Part shown: piece after piece, positions 51,348 to 61,722 of the stretch | How positions within the stretch are numbered: the first letter of the stretch is position 1 | Layout of the letters: every line of letters begins with the position of its first letter | Assembly: GCA_963842815.1 (NCBI GenBank) | Contig: CAWJHU010000003.1 | Span: forward strand, 91,683 to 155,682 | DNA length: 64,000 nt | Direction of reading: 5' to 3' | Origin: Candidatus Nomurabacteria bacterium | GTDB taxonomy: Bacteria > Patescibacteriota > Minisyncoccia > Phycocordibacterales > UBA9973 | Translations under genes and position numbers: made by a program | Notes under the pieces: generated by a model | What the model saw: only the letters and a program-made list of their open reading frames with translations | The model's database searches: none | Told to the model about the DNA's origin: nothing

Positions 51348-51809
51348 TTAGGAGGACAAAAATTCCACCTTGTCGCCTTCTTTTAAATTATTCTTTTCCG
51401 AAAAAGAGGAGCTGACTTCCAAAACATACCGACTGATACCCTCGGGACCATAGGTCTCCGGATATGACCCCGGAAGTGCATTTTTTTTGATATAAACCAC
51501 CCGCAAATCTTCTCCGATCCAAATAATATCTATTGGAAAATTCATATCCTTCATCCAAAAAGAATATTGGCCTGCTTGGTTAAAAACAAAAAGCATTCCT
51601 TCGTCTTCTTTCAATCCTGCCCGTCCTGAAAGCCCTTGTTCTTGAGCTTCTGGAGTCAAAGCCAAATCAACTTTGAGAGTTTTTCCGGCAATTTTTACAT
51701 ATTGAATTTTACTTATATCAAAATTTTTGGGGGAATAATTTATCAAAAAAAATCCTGCCACAAAAAAAATAATAATTATGAGAATAAAAAAAATATTTTT
51801 ATTTTTCAT
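51348..51809 (-). CDS. DUF192-domain protein (COG1430-like) with an N-terminal TM
   Basis: LALTPEAQEQGLSGRAGLKEDEGMLFVFNQAGQYSFWMKDMNFPIDIIWIGEDLRVVYI matches the DUF192 core. Start set at MKNKNIFF to avoid overlap with the upstream gene. Confidence 0.55.
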   Translation of the reverse strand: MKNKNIFFILIIIIFFVAGFFLINYSPKNFDISKIQYVKIAGKTLKVDLALTPEAQEQGLSGRAGLKEDEGMLFVFNQAGQYSFWMKDMNFPIDIIWIGEDLRVVYIKKNALPGSYPETYGPEGISRYVLEVSSSFSEKNNLKEGDKVEFLSS

Positions 51810-51813
51810 TTCT

Positions 51814-53208
51814 TTATTTATGGTCTCCATTAGTCCAGCCAAAAAGTTTCCCGATATATTCCGCAGTTTCATGTTTTCGGACAATTTTAATCGTGCCGTC
51901 TTGGGCAATAATTTTTGCGGGAAGAGAAAGCAGACAGTGATGCGAAGCAAGTCCATCCTGATAGGCGCCGGTATCCAGAATGGCAATGAATTGATCTTCG
52001 CCATTTAATTTTGGTAAAAGAATATAATCTCCCCCGGCGGTATATTTGTCATCCGAGTCGCAACTACTTCCCGCGAGCCAAACTCTTTTCAAAGAACTGG
52101 TCATATTGTTTGTCGGCACAACATGCCATTTTTGATGTATCGCCCAAGTATCTTTCAGATCATTCATAAAACTTCCGTCAATAACATACCAGGCTTTGGC
52201 ATTAGCCTTATCAATATATTTTTTAGAAATAATTTTATAAAGTGTTACCTGCGCCGGAGCCACGATGTATTGGCCCCATTCTATGGCCAAGTTCGGATGC
52301 TTGATTCCTGTTTTATCCGATAAATTTTTTAATGTTTTTATAATCTTGCTGGAAACGCCTTTGGCTGTGTAAAATTTCTTTTTTTCATAGGGAACGCCAA
52401 ATCCTCCGCCGATATCCAGAGTATCCAAATTGGGATGTATTTTTTGCAATTCAACATAAATACTAAACGCTCGTTTTATTCCTTCCAGAATGCTTTTCTG
52501 TGTTTTTATTTGGGACCCTAAATGATAATGCAATATCTTGAGATTTTTCATTTTGGCCAGAGAAAATACATCTTTTTCCGAAAGACCAAAACGGTCAAAT
52601 TTCTTATCCCAGTGGGTATCCGCCTTGATAGCCAAATCTACCCGTACTCCTACGTCTCCTTTGTATTTCAAGAGTCTTTCTACCTCTTCCTGCCCTTCTA
52701 TGATGGGTATTATGTTCATGCCCTTGGTGCGTAATTCCTCTATTAAATCCAGATATTGGCTGGTTTTTGGACCATTGCAAAATATACGGATTTTAGCATT
52801 AAATTTTTCTCCTTCCCAAAATTTTTTAACAAGCCAAAGCTCGTTCGGAGAGGTTACTTCCAGATTTGCTCCTTCCGAAAGAAGCGGAAGAATAAATTCT
52901 TTGTTTTGATTTACCTTCATCGGGTAGTGATAAAAAAACTTTCCTTTGTAGCCGTAGATCTTCATGTAGGCTTGAAAATAACCAATGAGGTCTTTCAAGC
53001 GGTCTTCTATGATAAACGGAAATACCACCTGCAGAGGCGTGCCATATTTATGTATAAGTTTATTAAAATTATAAATGTGATAACCTTCCGTCGCCGTCAG
53101 ATTGCCGTCTTTGCTTACACTAAAAAATTGCGTATTAAATTCATCCGCTCCGAGTTTCCAAAACTTTTTCCAATTTTTCCCCTGTTTTTTTATTTTTTTT
53201 CTGGCCAT
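51814..53208 (-). CDS. PLP-dependent fold-III decarboxylase (Orn/DAP/Arg decarboxylase family; arginine decarboxylase-like)
   Basis: HYHLGSQ (compare SpeA/LysA HFH(L/I)GSQ), GGGFGVPY (Gly-rich PLP loop), SSCDSDD (EPGR/CxxxD substrate region). Confidence 0.55.
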   Translation of the reverse strand: MARKKIKKQGKNWKKFWKLGADEFNTQFFSVSKDGNLTATEGYHIYNFNKLIHKYGTPLQVVFPFIIEDRLKDLIGYFQAYMKIYGYKGKFFYHYPMKVNQNKEFILPLLSEGANLEVTSPNELWLVKKFWEGEKFNAKIRIFCNGPKTSQYLDLIEELRTKGMNIIPIIEGQEEVERLLKYKGDVGVRVDLAIKADTHWDKKFDRFGLSEKDVFSLAKMKNLKILHYHLGSQIKTQKSILEGIKRAFSIYVELQKIHPNLDTLDIGGGFGVPYEKKKFYTAKGVSSKIIKTLKNLSDKTGIKHPNLAIEWGQYIVAPAQVTLYKIISKKYIDKANAKAWYVIDGSFMNDLKDTWAIHQKWHVVPTNNMTSSLKRVWLAGSSCDSDDKYTAGGDYILLPKLNGEDQFIAILDTGAYQDGLASHHCLLSLPAKIIAQDGTIKIVRKHETAEYIGKLFGWTNGDHK

Positions 53209-53256
53209 TAAAGTGGAGTTTAGTATAACAATTTTTCAATAATTGTAAAGCGGTTT

Positions 53257-54453
53257 TTATTTTAAATATTCCTTTAAAAATTTCTCTTTAAATTCAAAAA
53301 AATTATCATCCAGAATAGACTGGCGGATATCGTCTACTAAATGGGTAATAAAATGTAAATTATGAATTGAAGCCAGAGTGCCGGCCAACATTTCCTTGCC
53401 GTGAAAAAGGTGGGCGACATAGGCTTTCGTATAATTCTGGCAAGTATAACATTCGCAATCTTTTTCAATTGCTGAAAAATCATTTCTGAATTTTGTGTTG
53501 GTAATAATTATTTTTCCATTTTTCGTATAAATTGTGCCATTTCTACCAAGTCGGGTTGGTAAGACACAATCAAAAAGATCCACTCCGTTTTCTATGCCCA
53601 AAAAAAGATCTTCCGGTTCCCCTATGCCAAGCAAGTGTCTAGGTTTTTCTTCCGGTAAAATTTTATTCACCCATTTCACAGCACTGGACATATCTTCTTT
53701 TGCGAATGAACCGCCGATACCGAAACCGTCAAAATCTAAACTACTTATCACTCTCGCGCTTTCTTTGCGAAGTCTTTCATCCCTTCCCCCTTGTACTATC
53801 CCGAATAAAGAAATTTTATTTTCTTTATTTAATTTTTTGTGCTCAATTAAACTTCTCTCCGCCCAGCGATGAGTGCGTTCCAGCGCTTCTTCTTGATATC
53901 TCAAATCTTCCGTCGGGCTGGTACATTCGTCAAAAGCAAAAATAATATCAGCACCCAAGTTGTGCTGAATCTGAATTGATTTCTCCGGAGTAATGTAGTG
54001 AATGCTTCCGTCCAAGTGAGATTTAAAAGAAACTCCATCTTGTCCTATTTTCGCCAGCCTTGGGGCGTCAGAATCGTCAAAACGTTCCGGTATCAACAAT
54101 GATGGATCAATTATTTTTGTGATTTTGGAAATATCTTTTCCGTAGGCGGCGCCTAAAGAAAAAACTTGGAAACCGCCGGAGTCCGTCATGGTCGGCCCCG
54201 ACCAATTCATAAATTTTCCGATACCTCCGGCATCGCGCACAATTTCATCTCCCGGCTGTAAATATAAATGATAGGTATTCCCGAGTACCATCTGCACGCC
54301 AATATTTTTGACCTGCTCTGGATTCAGAGATTTTACTGTGGCTTTTGTTCCCACCGCCACAAAAGCCGGAGTTTTTATTCCTCCGTGTGGAGTTTTAATC
54401 ACCCCTACTCTTCCTAAACTATTTTTTAACCTTTTTTCAATTTTGAATTCCAT
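53257..54453 (-). CDS. tgt: Queuine tRNA-ribosyltransferase (tRNA-guanine transglycosylase)
   Basis: TPHGGIKTPAFVAVGT, MVLGNTYHL, AFDECT, LFGIVQGG, GFGIGG, zinc site CECYTC...H. Confidence 0.85.
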   Translation of the reverse strand: MEFKIEKRLKNSLGRVGVIKTPHGGIKTPAFVAVGTKATVKSLNPEQVKNIGVQMVLGNTYHLYLQPGDEIVRDAGGIGKFMNWSGPTMTDSGGFQVFSLGAAYGKDISKITKIIDPSLLIPERFDDSDAPRLAKIGQDGVSFKSHLDGSIHYITPEKSIQIQHNLGADIIFAFDECTSPTEDLRYQEEALERTHRWAERSLIEHKKLNKENKISLFGIVQGGRDERLRKESARVISSLDFDGFGIGGSFAKEDMSSAVKWVNKILPEEKPRHLLGIGEPEDLFLGIENGVDLFDCVLPTRLGRNGTIYTKNGKIIITNTKFRNDFSAIEKDCECYTCQNYTKAYVAHLFHGKEMLAGTLASIHNLHFITHLVDDIRQSILDDNFFEFKEKFLKEYLK

Positions 54454-55244
54454 TATTTCTCCACTTCCACAAATTTCAATTCCTGAATATTCACCGGACT
54501 GGTTAGCAAAGCTTTTTGGAAAGCGTCCCGCGGGTCGGAAATAATTGTCTGCACTGTGCCGACAATATACGGCGTGATGTCGGGCAAATCGACTTCTGTC
54601 CCATTTTGCAAAACAAAATCTCTGGGCAAAATCATTTCAAAATTTCCTCCGCCCCGCCCGACTATTTGCATAAAAGTACCACTGCCTGAAATTACCACTT
54701 CGGTTTGTTCTCCGGGATTTGAATATAAAATAACTTTCGCGGAATTCGTATAAACTTCCGCAATGCGTCCGATGGGCACATTTCCCAAGGCAAAAACTCT
54801 TTGGCCAACTGATATTCCGTCATTGGTGCCAACATCAATAATAAGCGTATCGTAGGGAGATTGATTTGGTTTGGATAAAATAACAGCCAAAATTAAATTA
54901 ACTTTTGGATTTTTTCGTCCTAAAATTTCTTTCATTTTCAAGTTTTCATCCAAAATAGAATTGTAGTTTGATATCTGTGCTTCTTCTTCGCCTAGCTTTG
55001 ATTTTAAATCTTCATTTTCCAAAAAAAGAGAACTTTTGGAATGGAAATAGGAACCCGTATTGGACAAGGTTCCGCCAATATTATTTCCTAAAATTAAAAC
55101 CGGACGAAAAACGGCGGATGAAACATAGGAAAGCCCATTAAAAATACCGGCTCTAAAATAGATTAAAATAGATAAAACTATAACAAAAAGTGTGTATTTA
55201 AATAACTTATTTCTTTTTATTTTTTTATCTAGGAGGTAACTCAT
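54453..55244 (-). CDS. mreC: Rod shape-determining protein MreC
   Basis: N-terminal TM, coiled coil, then the beta-barrel domain (...GQRVFALGNVPIGRIAEVYTNSAKVILYSNPGEQTEVV...). Immediately downstream of mreB. Confidence 0.7.
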   Translation of the reverse strand: MSYLLDKKIKRNKLFKYTLFVIVLSILIYFRAGIFNGLSYVSSAVFRPVLILGNNIGGTLSNTGSYFHSKSSLFLENEDLKSKLGEEEAQISNYNSILDENLKMKEILGRKNPKVNLILAVILSKPNQSPYDTLIIDVGTNDGISVGQRVFALGNVPIGRIAEVYTNSAKVILYSNPGEQTEVVISGSGTFMQIVGRGGGNFEMILPRDFVLQNGTEVDLPDITPYIVGTVQTIISDPRDAFQKALLTSPVNIQELKFVEVEK

Positions 55245-56271
55245 CTTGGTTCCCGATTAAAATTTCGTTATAGGCTGGCAAATCGTCTAAAATAATCCCG
55301 GTTCCTCGAGCCACAGCCGTAAGCGGATCGTCCACCACATAAACAGGCATTTTAAGAACATTTTGTAAAAGTCCCCCCAGTCCTTGTAGCAAAGCTCCGC
55401 CTCCGGAGAGAGTAATTCCTTTGTGCATTATGTCGGACAAAATTTCAGGAGGGGTTGTTTCCAGCACATCTTTTACTCCTTCTATGAGTTCTTTGATGGA
55501 CAATGAAAATGCTTCGCGAATATCGGAGTCCGTCACCACCACTTCCCGGGGTAATCCAGTCAATAAATCCCGTCCGCGTACTTCCGTTTCCATATATTCT
55601 CCCGGAAGAACGGAACCGATAACCATCTTAACCATTTCGGCTGTAGTTTCACCGACTAAAATTTTAAATTCATCTCTCATATAAGTAATGATGTCATTAT
55701 TAAATCTATCTCCCGCCACTTTCAAATTTTTTGATTTGACAATCCCGCCTAAAGAAATCACGGCAACATCCGTTGTTCCTCCGCCGATATCTATAATCAT
55801 GGAACCAACCGGGTCTTTGATAGGAAGCCGGATGCCGATAGCCGCCGCCATAGGTTCTTCCACTAAAAATACTTCACGGGCTCCAGCCGAACGGGCGGCG
55901 TCATAGACGGCGCGCGTCTCCACATTGGTCGTACCGGAAGGAACGCCAACTAAAACTCTCGGCCTGGCAAGTTTCTTGGATATTTTATTGGCTTTATTTA
56001 TTAAATAAGAAAGCATTTCTTCCGTAACTTCAAAATCCGAAATGACGCCATCCACCAGCGGACGAACCGCTTTAATATGTCCCGGGGTACGTCCCAACAT
56101 TTCTTTGGCCTTTTCCCCCACGGCAAGAATTTGATTGGTTTTAATATTTACCGCCACCACCGAAGGTTCATTGATAACAATGCCGTGCCCTTTTAAATAC
56201 ACCAGAGTGTTGGATGTGCCCAGGTCTATGCCGATGTCATTTGAAATTAATTTGTAAATTTTATTGAACAT
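55225..56271 (-). CDS. mreB: Rod shape-determining protein MreB (actin homologue)
   Basis: IGIDLGTSNTLVYLKGHGIVINEPSVVA, DIGGGTTDVAVISLGGIV, actin-fold phosphate loops. Confidence 0.9.
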   Translation of the reverse strand: MFNKIYKLISNDIGIDLGTSNTLVYLKGHGIVINEPSVVAVNIKTNQILAVGEKAKEMLGRTPGHIKAVRPLVDGVISDFEVTEEMLSYLINKANKISKKLARPRVLVGVPSGTTNVETRAVYDAARSAGAREVFLVEEPMAAAIGIRLPIKDPVGSMIIDIGGGTTDVAVISLGGIVKSKNLKVAGDRFNNDIITYMRDEFKILVGETTAEMVKMVIGSVLPGEYMETEVRGRDLLTGLPREVVVTDSDIREAFSLSIKELIEGVKDVLETTPPEILSDIMHKGITLSGGGALLQGLGGLLQNVLKMPVYVVDDPLTAVARGTGIILDDLPAYNEILIGNQDELPPR

Positions 56272-57517
56272 TTTTTAATAATTTTGATAATTCATCAAGT
56301 GAAATAACTTTCCCTTTTTCTTCCGTGCGTTTTTTTAATTCAATTCCCCCTTCTTTCAGGCTTCTGGCGGAAACAACCGCGCGATAAGGGATGCCCAGTA
56401 GGTCGGCATCGGCAAATTTTTCGCCGGGAGAGATTTCTTTTCGGTCATCGAATAAAATTTCAAAATTCTTCGACAAACTTTCGTAAATTTTATTTGCTTC
56501 GGAAAAAACCTCTTCTCCTTCCCCCAGGGCAAGCAAATGTATCTGAAAAGGAGCGATGGACTCCGGCCAAATTATACCTTTGTCATCGGACAAAACTTCA
56601 ACGACTGTTCCCATCAATCTACCCAACCCAATGCCATAACTGCCCATTATTACCAGCTTCTCTTGTCCGTTTTCATCCTTATATTTCAAGTCAAAAGGCT
56701 CTGAAAATCTGGTTCCCAGCGAAAAAATATTCCCTACTTCTACCGCTCTTTTTTCCACTAATTTTTCTTTATTCAAGCCAAGCTGGAGAAGAGTTTCATC
56801 ATTAAAAACTTCTTTGTTCACGGCAATACCTGAATTCTCATCCAGGTAAATAGTATCTTCCCCGACCGAAGTTATCGTTTGAAATTCATGGGAATATTTT
56901 GAAAAGCTTCCGCCGGAAGCAAAAGTTAAATAGGTCAGGTGGCCAATGCCGGTTCTTTTGAAAATATTTTGATAGGCAATTTTTGATTTCTCGTAAAATT
57001 CATTGTGCTCTTTTTCGTCTCTGGAAAAAGAATAAAGAGCTTTCCAATAGAATTCTCTTCCTCTCATGATTCCGGATTTGCTTCTGGCTTCATTTCTAAA
57101 AATATTTTTAAAATCGTACGGGTAAATCGGCAAATCTTTATAGGAGGAAATATATTGTTTTAAAATATTTGAATAGGCTTCCTCGTTGGTGAAAGATAAA
57201 CCGACTTCTCCACCATTTTTTAATTTTGTTTTAAACCAAGTATCTACCACTTTATCGTCCCATCTGTTTGATTTTTCCCATATTTCTTTATTTTGAAATA
57301 CGGAAGTTTTCATTTCTGTTCCGCCGATAGCATTCATTTCTTCACGAATAATATTTTCAATTTTATTTAAAACTCGCAAACCTAAAGGCAAATATGAATA
57401 TACTCCTGCCATTTCCTTATGAATAAAACCACCCCGAATAAGAAGTTCCGCATTTTTGGACACTTCGTCCGTCGGGGCCTCTTTCTTGGTTTTAGTAAAA
57501 AGTTTAGATTGTCTCAT
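56261..57517 (-). CDS. proS: Prolyl-tRNA synthetase (short bacterial form without the editing insertion)
   Basis: MRQSKLFTKTKKEAPTDEVSKNAELLIRGGFIHKEMAGVYSYLPLGLRVLNKIENIIREEM matches the ProRS N-terminus. Class II core and C-terminal anticodon-binding region are present. Start set at MRQ; the longer ORF adds 48 non-conserved residues. Confidence 0.75.
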   Translation of the reverse strand: MRQSKLFTKTKKEAPTDEVSKNAELLIRGGFIHKEMAGVYSYLPLGLRVLNKIENIIREEMNAIGGTEMKTSVFQNKEIWEKSNRWDDKVVDTWFKTKLKNGGEVGLSFTNEEAYSNILKQYISSYKDLPIYPYDFKNIFRNEARSKSGIMRGREFYWKALYSFSRDEKEHNEFYEKSKIAYQNIFKRTGIGHLTYLTFASGGSFSKYSHEFQTITSVGEDTIYLDENSGIAVNKEVFNDETLLQLGLNKEKLVEKRAVEVGNIFSLGTRFSEPFDLKYKDENGQEKLVIMGSYGIGLGRLMGTVVEVLSDDKGIIWPESIAPFQIHLLALGEGEEVFSEANKIYESLSKNFEILFDDRKEISPGEKFADADLLGIPYRAVVSARSLKEGGIELKKRTEEKGKVISLDELSKLLKNVQ

Positions 57518-57602
57518 AACCTCCATATTAGCTGAAAAAAGTCTTTTTGGCAAAGGACTATATGAGTTGCAAAAGGACAGGTCTTCTGCTAGAATAACCC
57601 TC

Positions 57603-58346
57603 ATGCAAACTACGAGCTTGAAGCCACAAAAGGCGGAAAACAGAAATACAGGCGCTTCCATAAGCGTAGAAAAAATGTTTGAAGCGGGGGTGCATTATGG
57701 TTATGGAAAAAGCAGAAGGCATCCTTCTGTTTCTTCATATATATACGCCACCAAGAATAATGGGGACATTATAGACCTTGAAAAAACAAGCGTTCAACTG
57801 GAACATGCGGAAGAATTTATTAAAAACCTAGGCGCTCAAAATAAAATTATTCTTTTTGTGGGCACAAAACCTGAAGCCCGGGAAGTGATAAAAAATGCTG
57901 CATTGAGTTTAAATATGCCTTACGTAGATGTGCGATGGATCGGCGGAACTTTAAGTAATTTTACAGAAATCAAAAAAAGAATCATTGAACTGGAAACTTA
58001 TAATAAAGAAAGTGCGGAAGGCGGACTGGAAAAATACACAAAAAAGGAGCGGGTGATGATGGCTAAAAAAATGGAAAAACTTACAAAATATTATGGAGGG
58101 TTGCTTGGTTTGAAAAAGACCCCCGATGCGTTGTTTATTATTGACGCAAAAGCGGAACACATAGCGACCACTGAAGCTTATAAATCCAGCGTACCTGTTG
58201 TGGCTTTGGTAAATTCCGATTCAAATATCAAAACCATCGACTACCCTATGGTTGGTAATGACTCCGGCATACCATCCATCAAATTTTTCACCGCTTCCAT
58301 TGTTGGCGCATATAAAGGAGGCCAGATGTCCGTACCGGTTAAATAA
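57603..58346 (+). CDS. rpsB: 30S ribosomal protein S2
   Basis: MFEAGVHYGYGKSRRHP, ILFVGTKPEAREVIKNAAL, PYVDVRWIGGTLSNF, PDALFIIDAKAEHIATTEAYKSSVPVVALVNSDSN. Confidence 0.85.
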   Translation: MQTTSLKPQKAENRNTGASISVEKMFEAGVHYGYGKSRRHPSVSSYIYATKNNGDIIDLEKTSVQLEHAEEFIKNLGAQNKIILFVGTKPEAREVIKNAALSLNMPYVDVRWIGGTLSNFTEIKKRIIELETYNKESAEGGLEKYTKKERVMMAKKMEKLTKYYGGLLGLKKTPDALFIIDAKAEHIATTEAYKSSVPVVALVNSDSNIKTIDYPMVGNDSGIPSIKFFTASIVGAYKGGQMSVPVK

Positions 58347-58368
58347 AAATTAAAATCAATATTAAATT

Positions 58369-59147
58369 ATGTCTATAAAAATTACGACTGAACTTATAAA
58401 AGAGTTAGGGAATCAACAGGTATTTCCGTAATGCAGTGCAAAAACGCGCTGGAAGAAGCCGGAGGAGATATGAAAAAAGCTCTTGCTATCCTTAAAAAAA
58501 CAAGTTCCGACATCGCACTCAAAAAAGCCGGCCGGGACGCCAAAGACGGAAGGGTTTGCATTAAAACAGAAGGAAAGAAATCTGTCCTGGTTTCCCTGCA
58601 CTGCGAGACAGATTTCGTTTCTAAAAACGAAGATTTTGTAAATTTGCTTTCCAAATTGGCAGATATCGCGTTCAAGGAGGGCATTGATAAAATGAAGTCA
58701 AAGGCCAAAGACCTGATAGACCCCATTATCCAAAAAACCGGAGAAAAAATAGAGCTAGGCGACGCCTATGAAGTGGACGGAAATATTTTAGGTAATTACG
58801 TGCACAACAACAAAATTGCTGTCATTGTTTCCTTGGAAGGCGGAAATGAAGAACTGGCCAAAGACATTGCCATGCATATAACCGCCATGAAGCCGGAATA
58901 TATTTCGCAGGAAGACATAACCGAAGAGGTAAAAAACACCATGCGAGAAATTTTTCAGAAAGAGGTGGCCGGCGTAAATAAGCCGGAAGAGATAAAGAAA
59001 AAAATGCTGGAAGGCAAAATGGCAACCTATTTCAAAGAAAAAACTCTGCTTGACCAAATATTCATAAAAGACCCGAACGAAACAGTCGGCGGACTTCTAA
59101 ATAAAAACAAAGCAAAAATAAAAGAAGTAAAACGTTATTCAATATAA
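58369..59147 (+). CDS. tsf: Elongation factor Ts, with an apparent 1-nt deletion (frameshift) at ~58405-58410
   Basis: Frame A gives MSIKITTELIKELGNQQVFP*. Frame B gives (R)ESTGISVMQCKNALEEAGGDMKKALAILKK... The conserved EF-Ts N-terminus ITxxLVKELRExTGxxMMxCKKAL spans both frames at ttaggg. Confidence 0.8.
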
Positions 59148-59155
59148 AAAATATT

Positions 59156-59563
59156 ATGCTTTTACCTTTAATTTTATTTCTTCTATCGTTTCTGGGCATC
59201 ATTATAATGATAAGCCTTAAGCTTACCCTTGTCCGAAACGGTCAAATTGCAAAAGTACAAAATATTCATCCTTTTGAGAATGACCTGGAAAAAATAAAAC
59301 ATTCAACTTTCAAAAACACAAAAAAGTTCGGCTACATGGCGCTTTTTGTAACTCTTAAATTTTTTATTAAATCCTCAAATTTTATAAAGATTAAAAGCAA
59401 AATATTTGCGGAAGAATTAAAAAATAAATTTAACAAGAATAAGAACGGAGACGAAACAACGGGGAAAAAAGAAGTATCAAAGTATTTAAAAACAATTTCA
59501 GAATATCGGGAAAAGATAAGAAAAATGAAGCATAAAATAAAAGAAGAGGAAGGAATAGAATAG
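59156..59563 (+). CDS. Hypothetical protein with an N-terminal TM and a Lys-rich tail
   Basis: ORF only. Confidence 0.35.
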   Translation: MLLPLILFLLSFLGIIIMISLKLTLVRNGQIAKVQNIHPFENDLEKIKHSTFKNTKKFGYMALFVTLKFFIKSSNFIKIKSKIFAEELKNKFNKNKNGDETTGKKEVSKYLKTISEYREKIRKMKHKIKEEEGIE

Positions 59564-59582
59564 TGTGCTAAAGTAGAAATAT

Positions 59583-59655
59583 GCCGCCTTAGCTCAGTTG
59601 GTAGAGCAACGCTTTTGTAAAGCGAAGGTCCTCAGTTCAAATCTGAGAGGCGGCT
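59583..59655 (+). tRNA. tRNA-Thr (anticodon TGT)
   Basis: Acceptor GCCGCCT/AGGCGGC. D-arm GCTC-AGTTGGTA-GAGC. Anticodon arm ACGCT-TTTGTAA-AGCGA. T-arm CTCAG-TTCAAAT-CTGAG. Confidence 0.8.
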
Positions 59656-59660
59656 CAAAA

Positions 59661-60380
59661 TTAAGGAGTCTTTTTGCTTGTCGTTTTAACAGGGTTTGCC
59701 GTCTTTGTAGTAGGGGTCGTCGCCTCCAGAAGCTTGAAGGATTCCTGCACTCGGGAATCCAGTTCATCCACCCCGTGAAAACCAGTCAATAAATTATCGT
59801 CAATAACCAAAGCTGGAAGTTCTGTGTCTTTTATTTTGTAGATTTGAAGCATTGCTTTCACCGCGGAAAGGTCAATGCTGTAGTCAAAGGAATATACCCG
59901 GAGTTCCGGATATTTATCTCGGAGAGTTGAAAGCGCCAGACTCTCCTTTTCGCATTCGCTGCAATTTTCCGCCGTAGTATAGAAATAAAGAATAAATGCG
60001 GCCTTTGTTTTACAGCGAGAAGAAATGTTTTTATTCAGAAGATAGTCTTTGATTTCAAGCAGAGAATAATATTTTTTCAAATAAGAAACCGTGTCCGTGG
60101 CGCCCAAATTCTGCTGGCTCCATTCCAATTTATTTCCCAGGTCGCTCAGCTCCTGAGAAAGTACGGAATCGGAAATATTTTTACAGGAAAGCTCCGAGAG
60201 CAAAGAAAATTGGGTTTCCGAAGAAAGAACATCTATGGAAATCGAATCCTGAATCGCTTTAAGCTGGTCAACTTTTTTATTGCTGAAATAATTGCTGATA
60301 AAACTGGCGGAAAGAAAAAGTCCAACGGTAAATAAAAACACGATTAAATATTTTTTCCAATCAATGTGGTTCTCATTCAT
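59661..60380 (-). CDS. Membrane-anchored protein with a CxxC motif (possible thioredoxin/DsbA-like fold)
   Basis: N-terminal TM YLIVFLFTVGLFLSASFI. Motif ILYFYTTAENCSECEKE (C-x-x-C after a beta-strand). Confidence 0.35.
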   Translation of the reverse strand: MNENHIDWKKYLIVFLFTVGLFLSASFISNYFSNKKVDQLKAIQDSISIDVLSSETQFSLLSELSCKNISDSVLSQELSDLGNKLEWSQQNLGATDTVSYLKKYYSLLEIKDYLLNKNISSRCKTKAAFILYFYTTAENCSECEKESLALSTLRDKYPELRVYSFDYSIDLSAVKAMLQIYKIKDTELPALVIDDNLLTGFHGVDELDSRVQESFKLLEATTPTTKTANPVKTTSKKTP

Positions 60381-60384
60381 ATAT

Positions 60385-61629
60385 TTATCTCCAGGCCGGT
60401 TTTCTGGACAAAATGGTGTTATACATCGCTTTGAAGAGCCAGACCGGACCGATAATAGTAAAAATAATAAAATAATAAACGATGCTCAAATAAAGATGAC
60501 TTTTTTCCTTGGTCATTTTTTTACCAAAAATTATTGAGAATAATATTAAAAGGTAAAGGACAATGGAAATAAAGAAAATGGATTGGGTGTTTATAAAAAA
60601 CGGGTCAACAAAACTTTTTTGGGTAACGAGATGAAAACCTACGGCTTCATACTGCATGATTTTTGAAAACAAAAAGCTGCCGAATCCATAGAATACTTTT
60701 CCGATAAGATAGCCGACCGCCACCATGGAAACAATAATCATGGGCAAGGTAAAAAGAGAAAAATTGCCGTATTTTTTTCTGAAAATCATTTTACGATAAT
60801 CAATAATATTGTTTATGGAACCATAAATCCAGCGTAGCCTTTGTTTATAAAGCTTTAGCACGGTTCCCGGAGTATTGGTGTAAACATAGGCATCATTGCA
60901 CTGTTCTATTTTATAATGATTTTCTTGCATTCTATAGGCGATTTCCATGTCTTCCGTATTGTGAGCATGTCGGTAAGGACCTAAATCATCAAAAACCTTT
61001 TTACGAAAAATAGTGAGCGGGCCGGGCGTAACATGAATAGCCCCGAGGAATCCGAGCATTTTTTTCATATAAACGGCTAAAAAATATTCCGCTTCTTGGG
61101 CTTTTTGGACAAAATTTTTGGAGTTAATTGCAACGATAGAAGGAGCCACCGCCATAACTCCGGGGTCTTTTTCAAAATAACTCATAATGCGGACGAGGGA
61201 TTCCGGGTCCGCAATGGAATCGGCATCCAGACAGCCCACGAAGTCGGTCTCAATATTTTGCAGGCCTAAATTAAGGGCGGTATATTTTCCGCCGTTTTCC
61301 TTATGAAAAATTTTTATATTTGGATATTTGGAAAATCTAGAAATGGCGTCCAGAGTACCATCCGTGGACCCGTCATCAATCAAAAAAATTTCAACTTTAT
61401 CTTTTGGATAGTTTAAATTAAGCAAAGAACGAACTGTTTTATAAATTGTTTTTTCTTCATTCCAGGAAGGAACCATAATCGTTACTTTGGGATATTTGGC
61501 AAGTCTAATGGTTCCGTTTCTGATAAGAATTTTTTTCCTGTTTTCAAGAAAGGTAATCAAAAAAAATAGCTGCACGTAAACAGACAAAAAAGTCAACATA
61601 TAAAACACCGCATTTGAAATTGAAGCCAT
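60385..61629 (-). CDS. Processive family-2 glycosyltransferase (membrane-integrated, cellulose/chitin synthase-like)
   Basis: VTIMVPSWNEEKTIYKTVRSLLNLNYPKDKVEIFLIDDGSTDGT, CLDADS (D,D,D motifs), QRLRWIYG (the Q(R/Q)xRW processive-GT2 motif), multiple TM helices. Confidence 0.75.
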   Translation of the reverse strand: MASISNAVFYMLTFLSVYVQLFFLITFLENRKKILIRNGTIRLAKYPKVTIMVPSWNEEKTIYKTVRSLLNLNYPKDKVEIFLIDDGSTDGTLDAISRFSKYPNIKIFHKENGGKYTALNLGLQNIETDFVGCLDADSIADPESLVRIMSYFEKDPGVMAVAPSIVAINSKNFVQKAQEAEYFLAVYMKKMLGFLGAIHVTPGPLTIFRKKVFDDLGPYRHAHNTEDMEIAYRMQENHYKIEQCNDAYVYTNTPGTVLKLYKQRLRWIYGSINNIIDYRKMIFRKKYGNFSLFTLPMIIVSMVAVGYLIGKVFYGFGSFLFSKIMQYEAVGFHLVTQKSFVDPFFINTQSIFFISIVLYLLILFSIIFGKKMTKEKSHLYLSIVYYFIIFTIIGPVWLFKAMYNTILSRKPAWR

Positions 61630-61722
61630 ACTATGTATTGCAATATAGCATTTTGGAAATAAAAAGCAAATCCTGCTAAAAGAGCCCTCCGATTTTAATC
61701 GGAGGGCTCTTTTTAAGGAAAA

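Noticed and set aside
59598-59792. ORF 59598..59792 (+) 64 aa
   Set aside because: It begins inside tRNA-Thr and runs antisense into the next gene. No coding signal.
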